A stretch of 63,955 bases of DNA, the filler included, from Reclinomonas americana ATCC 50394 (lineage: Eukaryota): assembly GCA_048213135.1 (NCBI GenBank). It is 13 parts of 13 records of this genome, joined end to end, with 100 filler letters (N's around TTAATTAATTAA, not from the genome) between each part and the next. Parts side by side here need not be neighbours in the genome. Positions count along the whole stretch, not along the records: positions 1 to 7,330 come from AFZH01019865.1; positions 7,431 to 15,131 come from AFZH01019867.1; 11 more parts are not named here. One strand, given 5' to 3'. This document shows, piece after piece, positions 1 through 11,900 of this stretch. The position numbers and the translations under genes were made by a program. How positions within the stretch are numbered: position 1 is the stretch's first letter; each line of letters begins with the position of its first letter. The notes under the pieces are model-generated. The model saw only the letters and a program-made list of their open reading frames with translations. It did no database searches and was not told where the DNA came from.

Positions 1-70
1 TAGGAGTTGTTGTTGTTGTTGTTGTTGTTGTTGAGTGAGGGCGTGGAGGAAGAGGACGCCGAGCGGCCAT
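1..70 (-). CDS. Start of exon 1 of a further array gene copy (copy 0), running off the left edge
   Basis: ATG at 70-68 (ATGGCCGCTCGG) sits in the same conserved upstream context as the ATGs at 7804, 15687 and 23245. Confidence 0.7.
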   Translation of the reverse strand, partial: MAARRPLPPRPHSTTTTTTTTTP

Positions 71-1257
71 TTATGTGTGTCTTGGTTGTTGTTCTGCACA
101 CACACGCGCGCTGCGTGATGCAAGAAACGAAGAGAGAGTGAGAAAGCAATACGATTCGTTGATCCGAACAGCGTGATGAAAGGTGACAAGTCGTGATGTG
201 AAGGGAGGAGGAGAAGAAGGAGGAAGAGTGTGGTGAGGAGGGTGAGAAGGGGGAGAAGGGAGTGTCAGAGAACTGGGCAACTTTGGATGCATCGTAAACT
301 GCGATTGTTTGTCTCTTTGTTTTGATCATGGAGAGAACATGGATCAGGGGAAGGCGGTGCTGAGATGATGATGGACAACAACTCCACACTGGGAACAACA
401 GGGCACATGATGAGCTGCATAATGGCAGCATCATCTCCTCGATGGACACCGAGGAAGAGCCTCAGACAGATACAATGAAAAGGTCACGATATCGCATCCA
501 GCTGAAAACCACAAACCTGATCGCCATCAAGACTGCATTCCAACTGCACCCGCTGCAGTGGAGCCGATAGGAGGCGCAGGAGTATCAACAGGACCAACAA
601 AGCAGCATTGCGTGCTGCTTAATCCACATCGATCCACAGGAAATACGAGTCACTTGTACAATCTCGCGACCGACGACTCCTTCCCGCAGCTGCTGGTGGG
701 CCATCATGCACCAGCGATGTACTGCTCTGCCGCTGTCATGAACAGAGAAGAAGCAAGTGTCGTTGATTTCGAATATGGCTGGCCTTGGTCAACAACATTG
801 CCATTCTCATGCAATATCACGACAGCAAATGCATGCCTCCGTGGCGGCTACATGCACAATAGCAGCATTCATTCGCCCACCGAGTCAAATGAAGGCCCCG
901 GTTCCAATCCTTCACTCGCCTTGCTCTTCCTCCTGCGACAACAACAGGCAATCAGCTGCATGAAGTGAAAACTCACAAACAGTCCGTCTCTCATCCCTCA
1001 CAACACAGGACAGCTGTTCAAAATACTGATGCACTGGGTTTCTGCTTCCTTCTTCTTCAACAAGCTTTATCGACCTCACAACACCATGCATGCACTGCTT
1101 GGCCAGTGAACCGTCTTCCCCTCTCTCATCCCACCCGCTGCCGACTCATTCACACTCCCCCGCCACTCACCGACGCAGGCATACTGTCGTTCATCCTAGG
1201 CAGCGTCCGGCTCCTCATATCCAGCCCCTCCTCCTCCACCACCGTGAATTGCTTGTT

Positions 1258-4200
1258 CTACATGTCCTCGTCCTCCTCCTCCTCCTCCTCCTCCTCACCC
1301 TAGTCCTCCTCCTCCTCTTGCTTCACCACCTCCATCTTCACCGGCTTCTCGTCGCCCACCACTACATCACGCATGTCAGTGCTGATGCCGGGACGACATC
1401 CACCAACACAAGGTGCTCCCACATTGTTGCATTTGGGAGCTCTCACCAGCACGCGCAATCTCCGCCTTTGAAAGGCAACCGTCTCGAAGCAGAGTGGCCA
1501 GTAGGCCAGGGCAATTGTGGAGCAGATACGTGGCCTGTTTGACAAAAGGCAGAAGAGTATTTGGAGTGCTTCCCTTCTGAATGTGCTCGGCACATTCCTA
1601 CAATCCGAGAAAAGCAAAGTAAGTCAGCATCGTCAAATCACAACGGAACACACAACCAGGGTCCACATGCCTCAGAGTGCCCACGCTCGTCAATCACAAT
1701 CAGTGGTCTCTCGACAGCATCCACCAGCTCATCTCCTCGAAGATCGCTCTTCTAATGATTCCACATGCACACAATGTAAGCTCGGTCAGTTGCCAGGCAC
1801 ACCACAAGCGAATGTGACACAGAAATAACAAACTGGCACTCACCTCGATGAAGTTACTCACGCTCTCGAGCACACCCTCCACTGACTTGAGCGTCTCGCT
1901 GCGTGCATTCTTGGCACTGCTGGCAAGACTCTTGCTGAATGCAGCCATGACTGCAGATGATGGACAGCCACGTCCCTCTGACGGTATGCCGCAGTCGTCA
2001 CAGGCAAGCTGGAGGAGAACACGCTGATGATGGACGACTGTAGACTCCATCACCACGGGTGCCATGAGACCGAATGCCTTCACCATCATCCTCTTCTTGT
2101 TGCAACCCTGCTCTCAGGTGTGACGGATGGGTGGGAGCGAGTGAGGAGCCGACGATGTCAGCAATGTCGGCGATACAAAGAAAAACGCAACAAGCAATCT
2201 CGCCAGCATCAATTGCTCGTTGATGCTCAACTTCGCAGTATCAATCCTGCGGCACTGTAAAACACAGGCCACGCAGTATTGAGAAGTATATCGCATGACA
2301 TAGAACGCAGCGTCGGGAGTACCTTGTTTCTCTTCGCGTCATCGTCCTCATTGTCGCTGTCGTCATCATCTCCCTTCGCATCCTTCCTCTCCTCCTCTTT
2401 CTTCACCATCTCCATGTCCCTCAGGGCTGTTCACTCATTTCTCAGCACAAGTAAGCAATGAAACCACGGCACAAGCAGCCAAACCTCTTTTACTGCACCA
2501 TTCGGCGGCACGTGCAATCTCCGCCTGCAAAAGGCAGCCGTCCCGAAGCAGAGTGGCCAGCAGGTCTGGACAGCCGTGGAGAGCCTGCATGGCCTGTCTG
2601 ACGTGCGGCAGAAGAGCATTAGGAGTGCCTCCCGTCTGCAACTTTGCTGATTCCTGGCATCCAAGCCACGGCCATGTAAGTCAGCTTTCAGTGACGCGCA
2701 TCAGCGCACACAGTTTCACACGCGCCTCTGAGTAACCACGTTCGTCAACCACAATCAGTGGCTTCTCGACGGCATCCACCAGCTCAGCTCCCCGAATACC
2801 ACTTTTCTGATGGTGACATCCACGTCAAAGTCGAGTCAGTTACCACGCATATAACAATCGAAAGGATACTGAAACAACACACCGACACTCACCTCTATGA
2901 AGTTGCTCACGCTCTCGAGAACACCCTCAGCTGACTTGGGCGTCGTACTGCGTGTATCTCGGGCACTGCTGGCAAGGCTCTCTCCAAATGCAGCCATGAC
3001 TGCGGATGATGGGCTGCCACGTCCCTCTGACGGTATTCCGCAATCGTCACAGGCAAGTTGGAGGAGAACGCGCTGATGATGCATGACTGTGGATCGCATC
3101 ACCACGGGTGCCATGAGACCGAGTGCCTTCACCATCATCCTCTTCTTGTTACCGCCCTGCTCTCGGGTGTAACAGATGGAGTGAGTGAGGAGCCGACGAT
3201 GACAGCAATGTCGGCGATACAAAGAACACGTAACAAGCAATCTCGCCAGCATCAATTGCTCGTTGATGCTCAACTTCGCAGGATCAATCTTGCGGCGCTG
3301 TGAGGCGCAAGCCATACAGAGTCAGCACTGTCTCGCATCTAACGGAAACGAGCGATGGGCGTACCTTGCCATCGTCCTCATCCTCCTGCTCTTCCTCCCT
3401 CTTCTCCTCTTTCTTCACCATCATCATCTCCCTCAGTGCTGTTCAGTCAATGTTGAGCACATGCGCACACTATGCAGCAATGCTAGTCACGCAGCCCAAC
3501 CTCGTTCACCGCACCACTCGGTGGCACGTGTGATCTCTGTCTTCGAAAGACAGCCTTCTCGAAGCAGAGTGGCCAGCAGGCCAGGACAGTTGTGGAGAGC
3601 TTGCATTGCCAGCGCGATGAATGGTTGATGGAGTGTCTGCCGGTTGTGCCGCACCCTTGGCAAGCGTGATGACTCCTGACAACCAAATTCCAGAACACAA
3701 AGCATGAGAATATGGCAGCCAATATGCACAACGCACACTGAGTGCAAGGAAGCCGCACCTCCGAATAACCACGCTCATCCACCACAACCAGGGGTCTCTC
3801 AATGGCATCCGCCAGAGCAGCGCCACGCAGTTCACTCTTCTGCATAATGCCATATACGTTAGCGATGATATTGATTCAGTCGCGCGAAATGGACGCTGCT
3901 CACCTCGATAAAGTCGCTCATCATCTGCAGCACTCTCTCAACTGACTTGGGCGTCTTGTCGCGTACCTGTTGGCAGAGCTTGGCCAAGACTCTTGCCGAA
4001 AGAGCTCACGACTGCCGCCGAAAGGCAGCCTGCTTTCGATGAAGGGATGCCACACTCCTTGCTTGCCAAGTCAAAAAGAATGCGCTGATGATGACAGATT
4101 GTGGATCCCATCACAATCGGTGCCATGACGCCGAACGCCATCACCAATATCTTCCTCTTATTGCAGCACTGCTCTCCCATGAATCAGATGAGTGGTGCAA

Positions 4201-7200
4201 TGTGCACTCAATCAGCAAGATGACTACCGAAGGAGGTCATGAATGCAATCAAACGCAACGACTAGCCTCGCCAGCATCAGTTGCTCGTCCTTGCTCATTG
4301 TGAGAGAATCACTCTCTTGTCGCTGTGAATGCGCACCATGAGATGATGCCATTGTGTGTACCCGCCACACCATCTATGGTCATACCTTGCTCCTGTCACC
4401 TTCATCGTCCTCATCTTCTTCCCCGTCGACCCTCGGTTCGTCCTCCTGTTCCTCCTCCTTTTTCTCATTCACCTCCTCTTTCTTCAGCACCTTGGCCTCC
4501 AGCAGAGCTGCATGTCGTTCGTCAGCCGAGACCCAACGCACACAGCAAAACGCATCCGATGCCTCCAAACCTCTCTCACTGCACCACTCAACGGCCCGTG
4601 CGATCTCCTCGTCGGAGAGACAGCCGTCTCGAAGCAGCGACGCTTGCAAGCCAGGACACTCACGCAGGGCCTGCGCGGCTTGGGCGATGAGAGGCAGGAG
4701 AAGGCCGTTGCCCTTCAGCTTCTTCTTCATCATCTTCCATGACTCCTGCAGCAAGATCGACATCGTGAAAAAAGAGGGCGAGTGGGCACAAACCGGGAAA
4801 TGTAGAAAGAGCACACAATGGAAAGTTTGCACACCTCCGAATGACCCCGTTCATCAACCACAATCAGTGGTCTCTCAATGGCATCCGCCAGAGCACCACC
4901 GCGCAGTTCACTCTTCTGCAAGAGTTACAAATGTATTAATGCTGGCTCACTTTCCAGTCGCACCAGAGATGGAGAGCACAGACCGATGCTCACCTCGATG
5001 AACTTGCTCATGCTCTGGAGCACTCCCTCAACTGATTTGGGCGTGTTGGTGCGTGACTTGTTGCCGACACGGCCAAGACTCTTGCCGAATGAATCCGTGA
5101 CTGCGGGCGACGGACTGCCAGCTCCCGATGAAGGAATACCACACTCATTGCAGGCGAGTTCAACGAGAACGCGCTGATGATGCCAGACTGTGTTTCGTTT
5201 CAGAATCGGTGCCATGAAACCGAATGCCGTCACCAGTAGCTTCTTATTGTTGCACTGCTGTTCGCACACATGCACGCACGCATCAAATGTCATTACGTGA
5301 CAGGCAAGCACATGGCAGAGTGCAACTAATCTGCCTTGCTGGGGTATTGCACACGCAACAAGCAGTCTGTCTAGCACGACTCGCTCGTCCATGCTCAAAT
5401 CCGCATTGAATGCATAGCGACCGCACTTGACGCGCTGCAAATACGCACTCCATGAGACATCGACAATCAACACAACTGCCTGCCAAGCCATACACAGGCG
5501 GCGACAACGCAGTACCTTGCTCGTCTTTGTTTCTTCACCATCATCACTTCCTGCATCCTCCTGTGAACGCAACGCATCAGCGCGTGGCCGAGTCCACGAA
5601 GACATACCCAGTCTCCGTCCTTCATGAACTGTTGAAGCTCACCTTAATGTCATCTTCTTCATGCTTGATGTCATCGTCGTCTTTCTTCACCACCATTTTC
5701 ACATCGCCAGATTCTGCGAGGTGCTGGTCAATAACCAAAGCAAGCACCAGTAACAGTGGCATGAGAGGGATTGCTGACCTCGCAAATGGCACCACGTGAC
5801 GGCGCGTGTAATCTCGGTCTCAGAGAGGTGGTTGTCTCGAAGCAGAAAACTCAGAAGACCATTACACTCGCGCAATGCATCCATGGCCTCCGTGACAAAT
5901 GGCTGAAGATGGTCTTTCCTGGTCTTGGTTGCTGGAGGCATTCTCTCCCATGATTCCTATCTCGAACAAGCCGAGAGAATAAACGTCAGTTGGCATGATC
6001 ACAATCAACACAAGATCGAGTAACATAAGCGCACCTCCGTATATCCGCGATCATCCACAACTATCAGTGGTCTCTCAACAGCATCCACCAGAGCCGCGCC
6101 ACTGAGCTGGCTCATCTGCAGATTGCAATCATCTGCTTGTTGGTTCAATATGCCACGGCCGTCACAACGCACACGCATGCTCACCTGGATGTACTTGCTC
6201 ACGCTCTGGAGCACACCCTTCACGGACCTGGGCGTTCGGTTGCGTGAACGTTGGGCAGTCTGACCAAGCTTCTTGCCAAATGCACACTGGACTGCCGACG
6301 ACATGCGACCCGGTGCCGACATTGGAATTCTGCAGTCGTCGCAGGCAAGCTCAAAGATAACACTCTGATGGTGGATGACGGTGGACGGCTGAACAATTGA
6401 TGCCATCAGGCCAAACGCCTTCACCAGGATCCTCTTCCGATTACATCGCTGCGAGTGAGTGATACAAGAAGAATGGTGAGTGCGACGAGGAGAAAGAGGA
6501 GCGAGGCGGGTTGCAACGATGTCAGAGAGAGCATGCACACGCAACAAGCAGCTTGTTCAGCAGCAGCTTCTCGTCTGCGCTCAATTCCACTGGTTCTTTC
6601 GCAGCTCGAGTCCTGACACGCTGTGAATCCACAACATGCGTCATTGACCCAAATGCACATCGATGAACAAGCACAACAATGTCAGCCACAGAATCCACAC
6701 CTTCCTCTTCTTTGGCGGCGCAAGCTCGTCATCGCTGGATGCATCCACCTGCAAAGAATGAAGAACAACATCAGGTGCCAACTGCCAAGCACGATCGAGA
6801 GGTAAGTGAGGCGCATGTCTCATCGGAGTTCACCTCCAGCGAACGCTTGCGGGCTGACGTCTCAACTGAGTCACGTGCAGGCAAGTCCTCGCTGTGATCC
6901 ACCAGAGACGAGTCGACTCGCTGCCTCCTCGCATGTTGCTGTGCAATCATGCCATGAAAGAGAAAGAGAGAGAGTACAGTGAGAGACATGCTCATCTTGG
7001 GATGACGCACAATCACTATACCTCGACAATGCCTTCCATCGCTGTGCGTTCCATGTGCTCCTGGTGGGCAGCTGTGTGGCATGCATCGCCCAGATGAGAC
7101 ATCACGTGACACGAGAACACCAAGGACTGCAGGAGGGAGAGAGAGAGACGCACCCTGCTCAGTGTGATTCTCCGAGTCACTTTGGGCAGCGGCAATGGCG

Positions 7201-7804
7201 GCTGTGCTCTCGTCGGTGTGCTTCTTCTTCTTCTTGTCCTTCAACAAGCCAGCTGGTTCTGCAACACGGAATGAAACAACGACAATCCATGATGAGGAAG
7301 AACAAGAAGAAGAAGAAGAATAAGAAGAAGNNNNNNNNNNNNNNNNNNNNNNNNNNNNNNNNNNNNNNNNNNNNTTAATTAATTAANNNNNNNNNNNNNN
7401 NNNNNNNNNNNNNNNNNNNNNNNNNNNNNNCACACACACACACACACACCTTTCTTGGCAGTGACACTGGTGGTGGTGACAGACGTGGAAGAAGAAGAGG
7501 AGGAAGAAGAAGAGGAGGCAGGTACTCGTCGCCTCGCCATCGCATGCGCAGGCACACCAAGATGAGCAGACGACCCCAATGCGCTCTTCTTCTTCTCATT
7601 ATCATCATCGTTGATGTTGCTGTTGATGGAGAGAGAGGAGGAATGCATCATCATCGTCGTCACATGCTGCTGCTTGCTGTCGATGAGCATCATGTCTGCT
7701 TTCTCGTCGTCGCACAGAGACGAGGAAGACATTGGCAGTGAAGGGGTTGTTGTTGTTGCTGTTGAGTGAGGGCGTGTTGGTGGAGGAGGTGGTCGAGAAG
7801 CCAT
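1258..7804 (-). pseudogene. Array gene copy A: five-domain repeat protein of unknown family, carrying a +1 frameshift and an early TAG
   Basis: Exon 1 (MASRPPPP..TAKK) splices in phase 1 across the gap to EPAGLLKDKKKK. Domains: R1 ~5640-6620, R2 ~4385-5435, R3 ~3363-4325, R4 ~2321-3300, R5 ~1258-2255. The R3 core exon is 265 nt instead of 264 (extra C near 3984); TAG at 1300-1302 is 14 codons before the conserved stop. Confidence 0.65.
7331..7430. other. Artificial 100-nt scaffold spacer (N44-TTAATTAATTAA-N44). Identical spacers start at 15132, 22825, 24655, 30038, 32472, 37283, 43076, 45881, 48553, 60363 and 61630
   Basis: Identical length and a six-frame-stop linker in all 12 gaps; most are flanked by microsatellite or low-complexity sequence. 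Confidence 0.98.
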
Positions 7805-8939
7805 TTGTGTGTGTGTCTCTGTTGTTGTTTCGCACACACGCGCGCGCTGCGTGATTCAAGAAACCAATAGATAAGAGAACAATGAAGTTCGTTGATCCGA
7901 ACAGCAAGATGAAATGGTGACAAGTCGTGAAGGGAAGGAAGAGGAGGAGGAGGGAGGGAGGGTGAGAAGGGGGAGAGGAGTGTCAGAGAACTGGGCAACT
8001 TTGGATGCATCGTAAACTGCGATTGTTCTCCATGACCAGCATATGCATGTCTGTTTTGATCTCTCTCTCACGGAGAGAACATGGATCAGGGAAGCTGCAG
8101 CTGGGATGCTAATGGACTACAACTCCACAGAGAGTACAACAGGGCACATGAGCAGCATCAACCTGGATGGACACCGAGGAAGAGCCGCAGCAGATACAAT
8201 GAAAAGGGTCAATATCATCCAGCTGAACACCACAACCCTGATCGTCATCGAGACTGCATGCGAACCGCACCCGCTGCAGTGGAGCTGGTAGGAGGTGCAG
8301 GGGTATCAACAGGACAAACAATGCAGCATTGCCTGCTGCTCAATCCACATCGATCCACTGGAAATACGAGTCACTTGCACAATCCCGCGATGAGTCATAC
8401 TCCTTCCCCCGCAGCTGGTGGTGGCCATCGTGCACCAGCGGTCTGCTGCTCTGCCGCTGCCATGAACAGAGAAGAAGCAGGTGTCGCTGATTACGAATAA
8501 GGCCGGCCTTGGTCAACAAGACAGCCATTCTCATGCAAAATCACGACAGCAAATGCATGCCTCCGTGGCGGCTACATGCACAACAGCATTCATTCGCCTT
8601 GCAAGTTGCACCATGGCCTCGGTTCCAATCCTTCACTCATCTTGCTCTTGCTCCTGCGATAACAACAGCAGTCAGCTGCATGCAGAGAAAAACACACATG
8701 CAGAGTCCATGGCTCACAACACAAGGCACTTGCTCACAAATATCACTCTTGGTGCACTGGATTTCTGCCATCTTCTTCCCCGACAAGCTGCCTATGCACG
8801 TGCTGCTTGCCCAGCGAAATCTCTTCCCCTCTCCCATCCCTCCTGCTGCCGCTCACTCCCACTCTCTCGCCACGCACCTGTGCATCATCCATCCACAGCG
8901 GATATTCAGTTCCTCCTTCGTCACCTTGAATTGCTTGTT

Positions 8940-11900
8940 CTACATGTCCTCGTCTTCCTCCTCCTCCTCCTCCTCCTCCTCCTCCTCATCCTCCTCCTCC
9001 TCCTCATTCTCCTCCTCCTTTTTCCTCCTCCTCCTCTTTCTTCACCACCTCCATCTTCACCGCCTTCTCGTCGCCCACCACTGCATTCATGCTCGTCAGT
9101 GCTGCTGCCGGGACGACATGCAACACCACAAGGTGCTCCCACATTGTTGCATTTGGGAGCACTCACCGGCACGCGCAATCTCCGCTTTCGAAAGACAACC
9201 GTCTTGAAGCAGAGTGGCCAGAAGTCCAGGGCAATTGTGGAGCAGATGCATGGCCTGTGATACAAAAGGCAGAAGAGTATTTGGAGTGCTGCTCTTTCGC
9301 AACTTGTCTGATTTCTGCCACTCGAGAATACGACAGCAAGGTCAGTCATCACATCCTCGGAGCACAACAGCGATCCCAATAGTCGTCGTCCACATGCCTC
9401 AGAGTAACCGCGCTCGTCAATCACAATCAGTGGTCTCTCAACAGCACCCACCAGTGCAGCGTCGCGAAGTCCGCTCTTCTATTGATTCCACATGCACACG
9501 ACGCAAGGCAGGTCAGTTGCCAGGCACACCACAGGCGGATGTGCAACATAAAACATCACACAGGCACTCACCTCGATGAAGCTGCTCACCATTTCGAGCA
9601 CACCCTCAACTGACTTGAGCGTCTCGCTGCGTGCATTCTTGGCACTGCAGGCAAGACTCTTGCCAAATGCAGCCATGACTGCGGATGATGGACAGCCCGG
9701 TCCCCTCGATGGTATTCCGCAGTCGTCACAGGCCAGCTGGAGGAGAACTCGCTGATAATGGCGGACAGTGGATTCCATCACCACGGGTGCCATGAGACCG
9801 AATGCCTTCACCAGAACCCTCTTTTTGTTACCGCCCTGCTCTCAGGTGTGACGGACAACCAGAGTGGGAAACCAGGGTGGGAGTGAGTGAGGAGTTTATG
9901 ACAGCAATGCCGGCAATACGAAGAACACGCAACAACCAATCTCGCCAGCATCAATTGCTCGTTGATGCTCAACTTCGCAGGATCAATCTTGCGACGCTGT
10001 GAAACACAAGCCACGCAGTTTTCAGAAGACAAATATCATGCATCACAAAGAGCGCAGCGTCGGGCGTACCTTCTTTCTATTCGCGTCATCGTCCACATTG
10101 TCGCTGTCGTCATCATCTTCCTGCTCACCCTCCCTCTCCTCCTCTTTCTCCATCATCTCCATCTCCCTCACAGCTGTCGCTCATCTCTCAGCACACGTAA
10201 GCATCAAAGCCGCGAGCACAAGCAGCCAAACCTCTTTTACTGCACCATTCGGCGGCACGTGCAATCTCCGCCTGCGAAAGGCAGCCGTCCCGAAGCAGAG
10301 TGGCCAGCAGGTCTGGACAGCCGTGGAGAGCCTGTATGGCCTGCATGACGTGTGGCAAAAGAGCATTAGAAGTGGCTCCCTTCTGCGACTTTGCAGCTGA
10401 TTCCTGTCATCCGAGCCAGCAATGTAAGTCAGCTTTCAATGACGCGCATCAGCACACACAGTTTCACACGCACCTCAGAGTAACCACGTTCGTCAATCAC
10501 AATCAGTGGCTTCTCGACGGCATCCACCAGCTCAGCTCCCCGAAGACCACTCTTCTGATGGTGACATCCACGTCGAAGTCGAGTAACGTACCACACACAA
10601 AACAATCGGAAGGATACTGAAACAACACACCGACACACTCACCTCTATGAAATTGCTGACACTCTTGAGCACACCCTCAACTGACTTGGGCGTCTCACCA
10701 CGTGCTCTATTGGCACTATCGGCAAGACTCTTGCTGAATGCAGCCATGACTGCGGCCGAAGGGCAGCCCCGTCCCTCCAACGGTATTCCGCATTCGTCAC
10801 AGGCAAGTTGGAGGAGAACACGCTGATGATGGAGGACTGTGGGTCTGAGCACCACGGTTGCCATCAGGCCGAATGCCTTCACCAGCATCCTCTTCTTGTT
10901 GCGACCCTGCTCCGAGGCAAGGTGAGCAGATGGGAGTAACAGCATTGTCGGTGACATGCAGAGAGATAACAGCAACACGCAACAAGCAGTTTCGCCAACA
11001 TCAGTTGCTCGTTGATGCTCAGCTTCCCATGACCACTCTTGCGGCGCTGTGAAGCGCAAACCACACAGAATTAGGACACGCACCTGCCTCGCATCTAACG
11101 GAAACGAGCGACGGGCGTACCTTGCCATCGTCCTCGTCCTCCTGCTCTTCCTCCATCTTCTCCTCTTTCTTCACCATCTCCATCTCTCTCAGAGCTGTTC
11201 AGTCGTTGGTGAGCATATGCACACACTGTGCAGCTATGCAAGTCACGCAGCCAACCTTGTTCACCACGCCACTCGGCGGCGCGTGCAATCTCTGACTTCG
11301 AAAGACAACCATCTCGAAGCAGAGTGGACAGCAGGCCAGGGCAGTTGTGGAGAGCTTGCACTGCCAGCGTGACGAATGGCTGATGGAGTGTCTGCGTGCT
11401 GCGCTGCATCGTCGGCAACTTTGACGATTCCTGACAACCAAATTCCAGAACACGGAGTATGAGAATATGGCAGCCCATATGAACAACGCACACTGAGTGC
11501 GGGGCAGCCGCACCTCAGAAATGCCACGTTCATCAACCACAACCAGGGGTCTCTCAATGGCATTCGCCAGAGCAGCGCCACGCAGTTCACTCTTCTGCAT
11601 AATGCCACACATACATTAGCGATGATATTGATTCAGTCGCGCGAAATGAATGCAGCTCACCTCGATAAAGTCGCTCATCATCTGCAGCACTCCCTCAACA
11701 GACCTGGGCGTCTTGTCGCGTACCTGTTGGCAGAGCTTGGCAAGGCTCTTGCCGAGTGAGCTCACAACTGCCGACGAAAGACAGCCTGCTTTCGATGAAG
11801 GGATGCCACACTCCTTGCTTGTCAAGTCAAAAAGAATGCGCTGATGATGGCGGACGGTGGATCCCATAACCATCGGAGCCATGACGCCAAATGTCATCAC

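Noticed and set aside
558..968. Plus-strand ORF MEPIGGAG.. in the array intergenic region as a second gene
   Set aside because: The homologous ORFs in other copies shift frame and change length (8081, 16163, 23767), so there is no conserved reading frame.
1170..1302. Reassigned stop codon (TAG/TAA read as Gln) or programmed readthrough
   Set aside because: The frame after ATG-TAG is not conserved in phase across copies. Conserved genes (IFT121, RNASEH2B) end in TAG/TAA at the expected places and lack in-frame TAR in their exons.
7375..7386. TTAATTAATTAA palindrome repeated 12 times
   Set aside because: It is an artificial linker centred in the N gaps.
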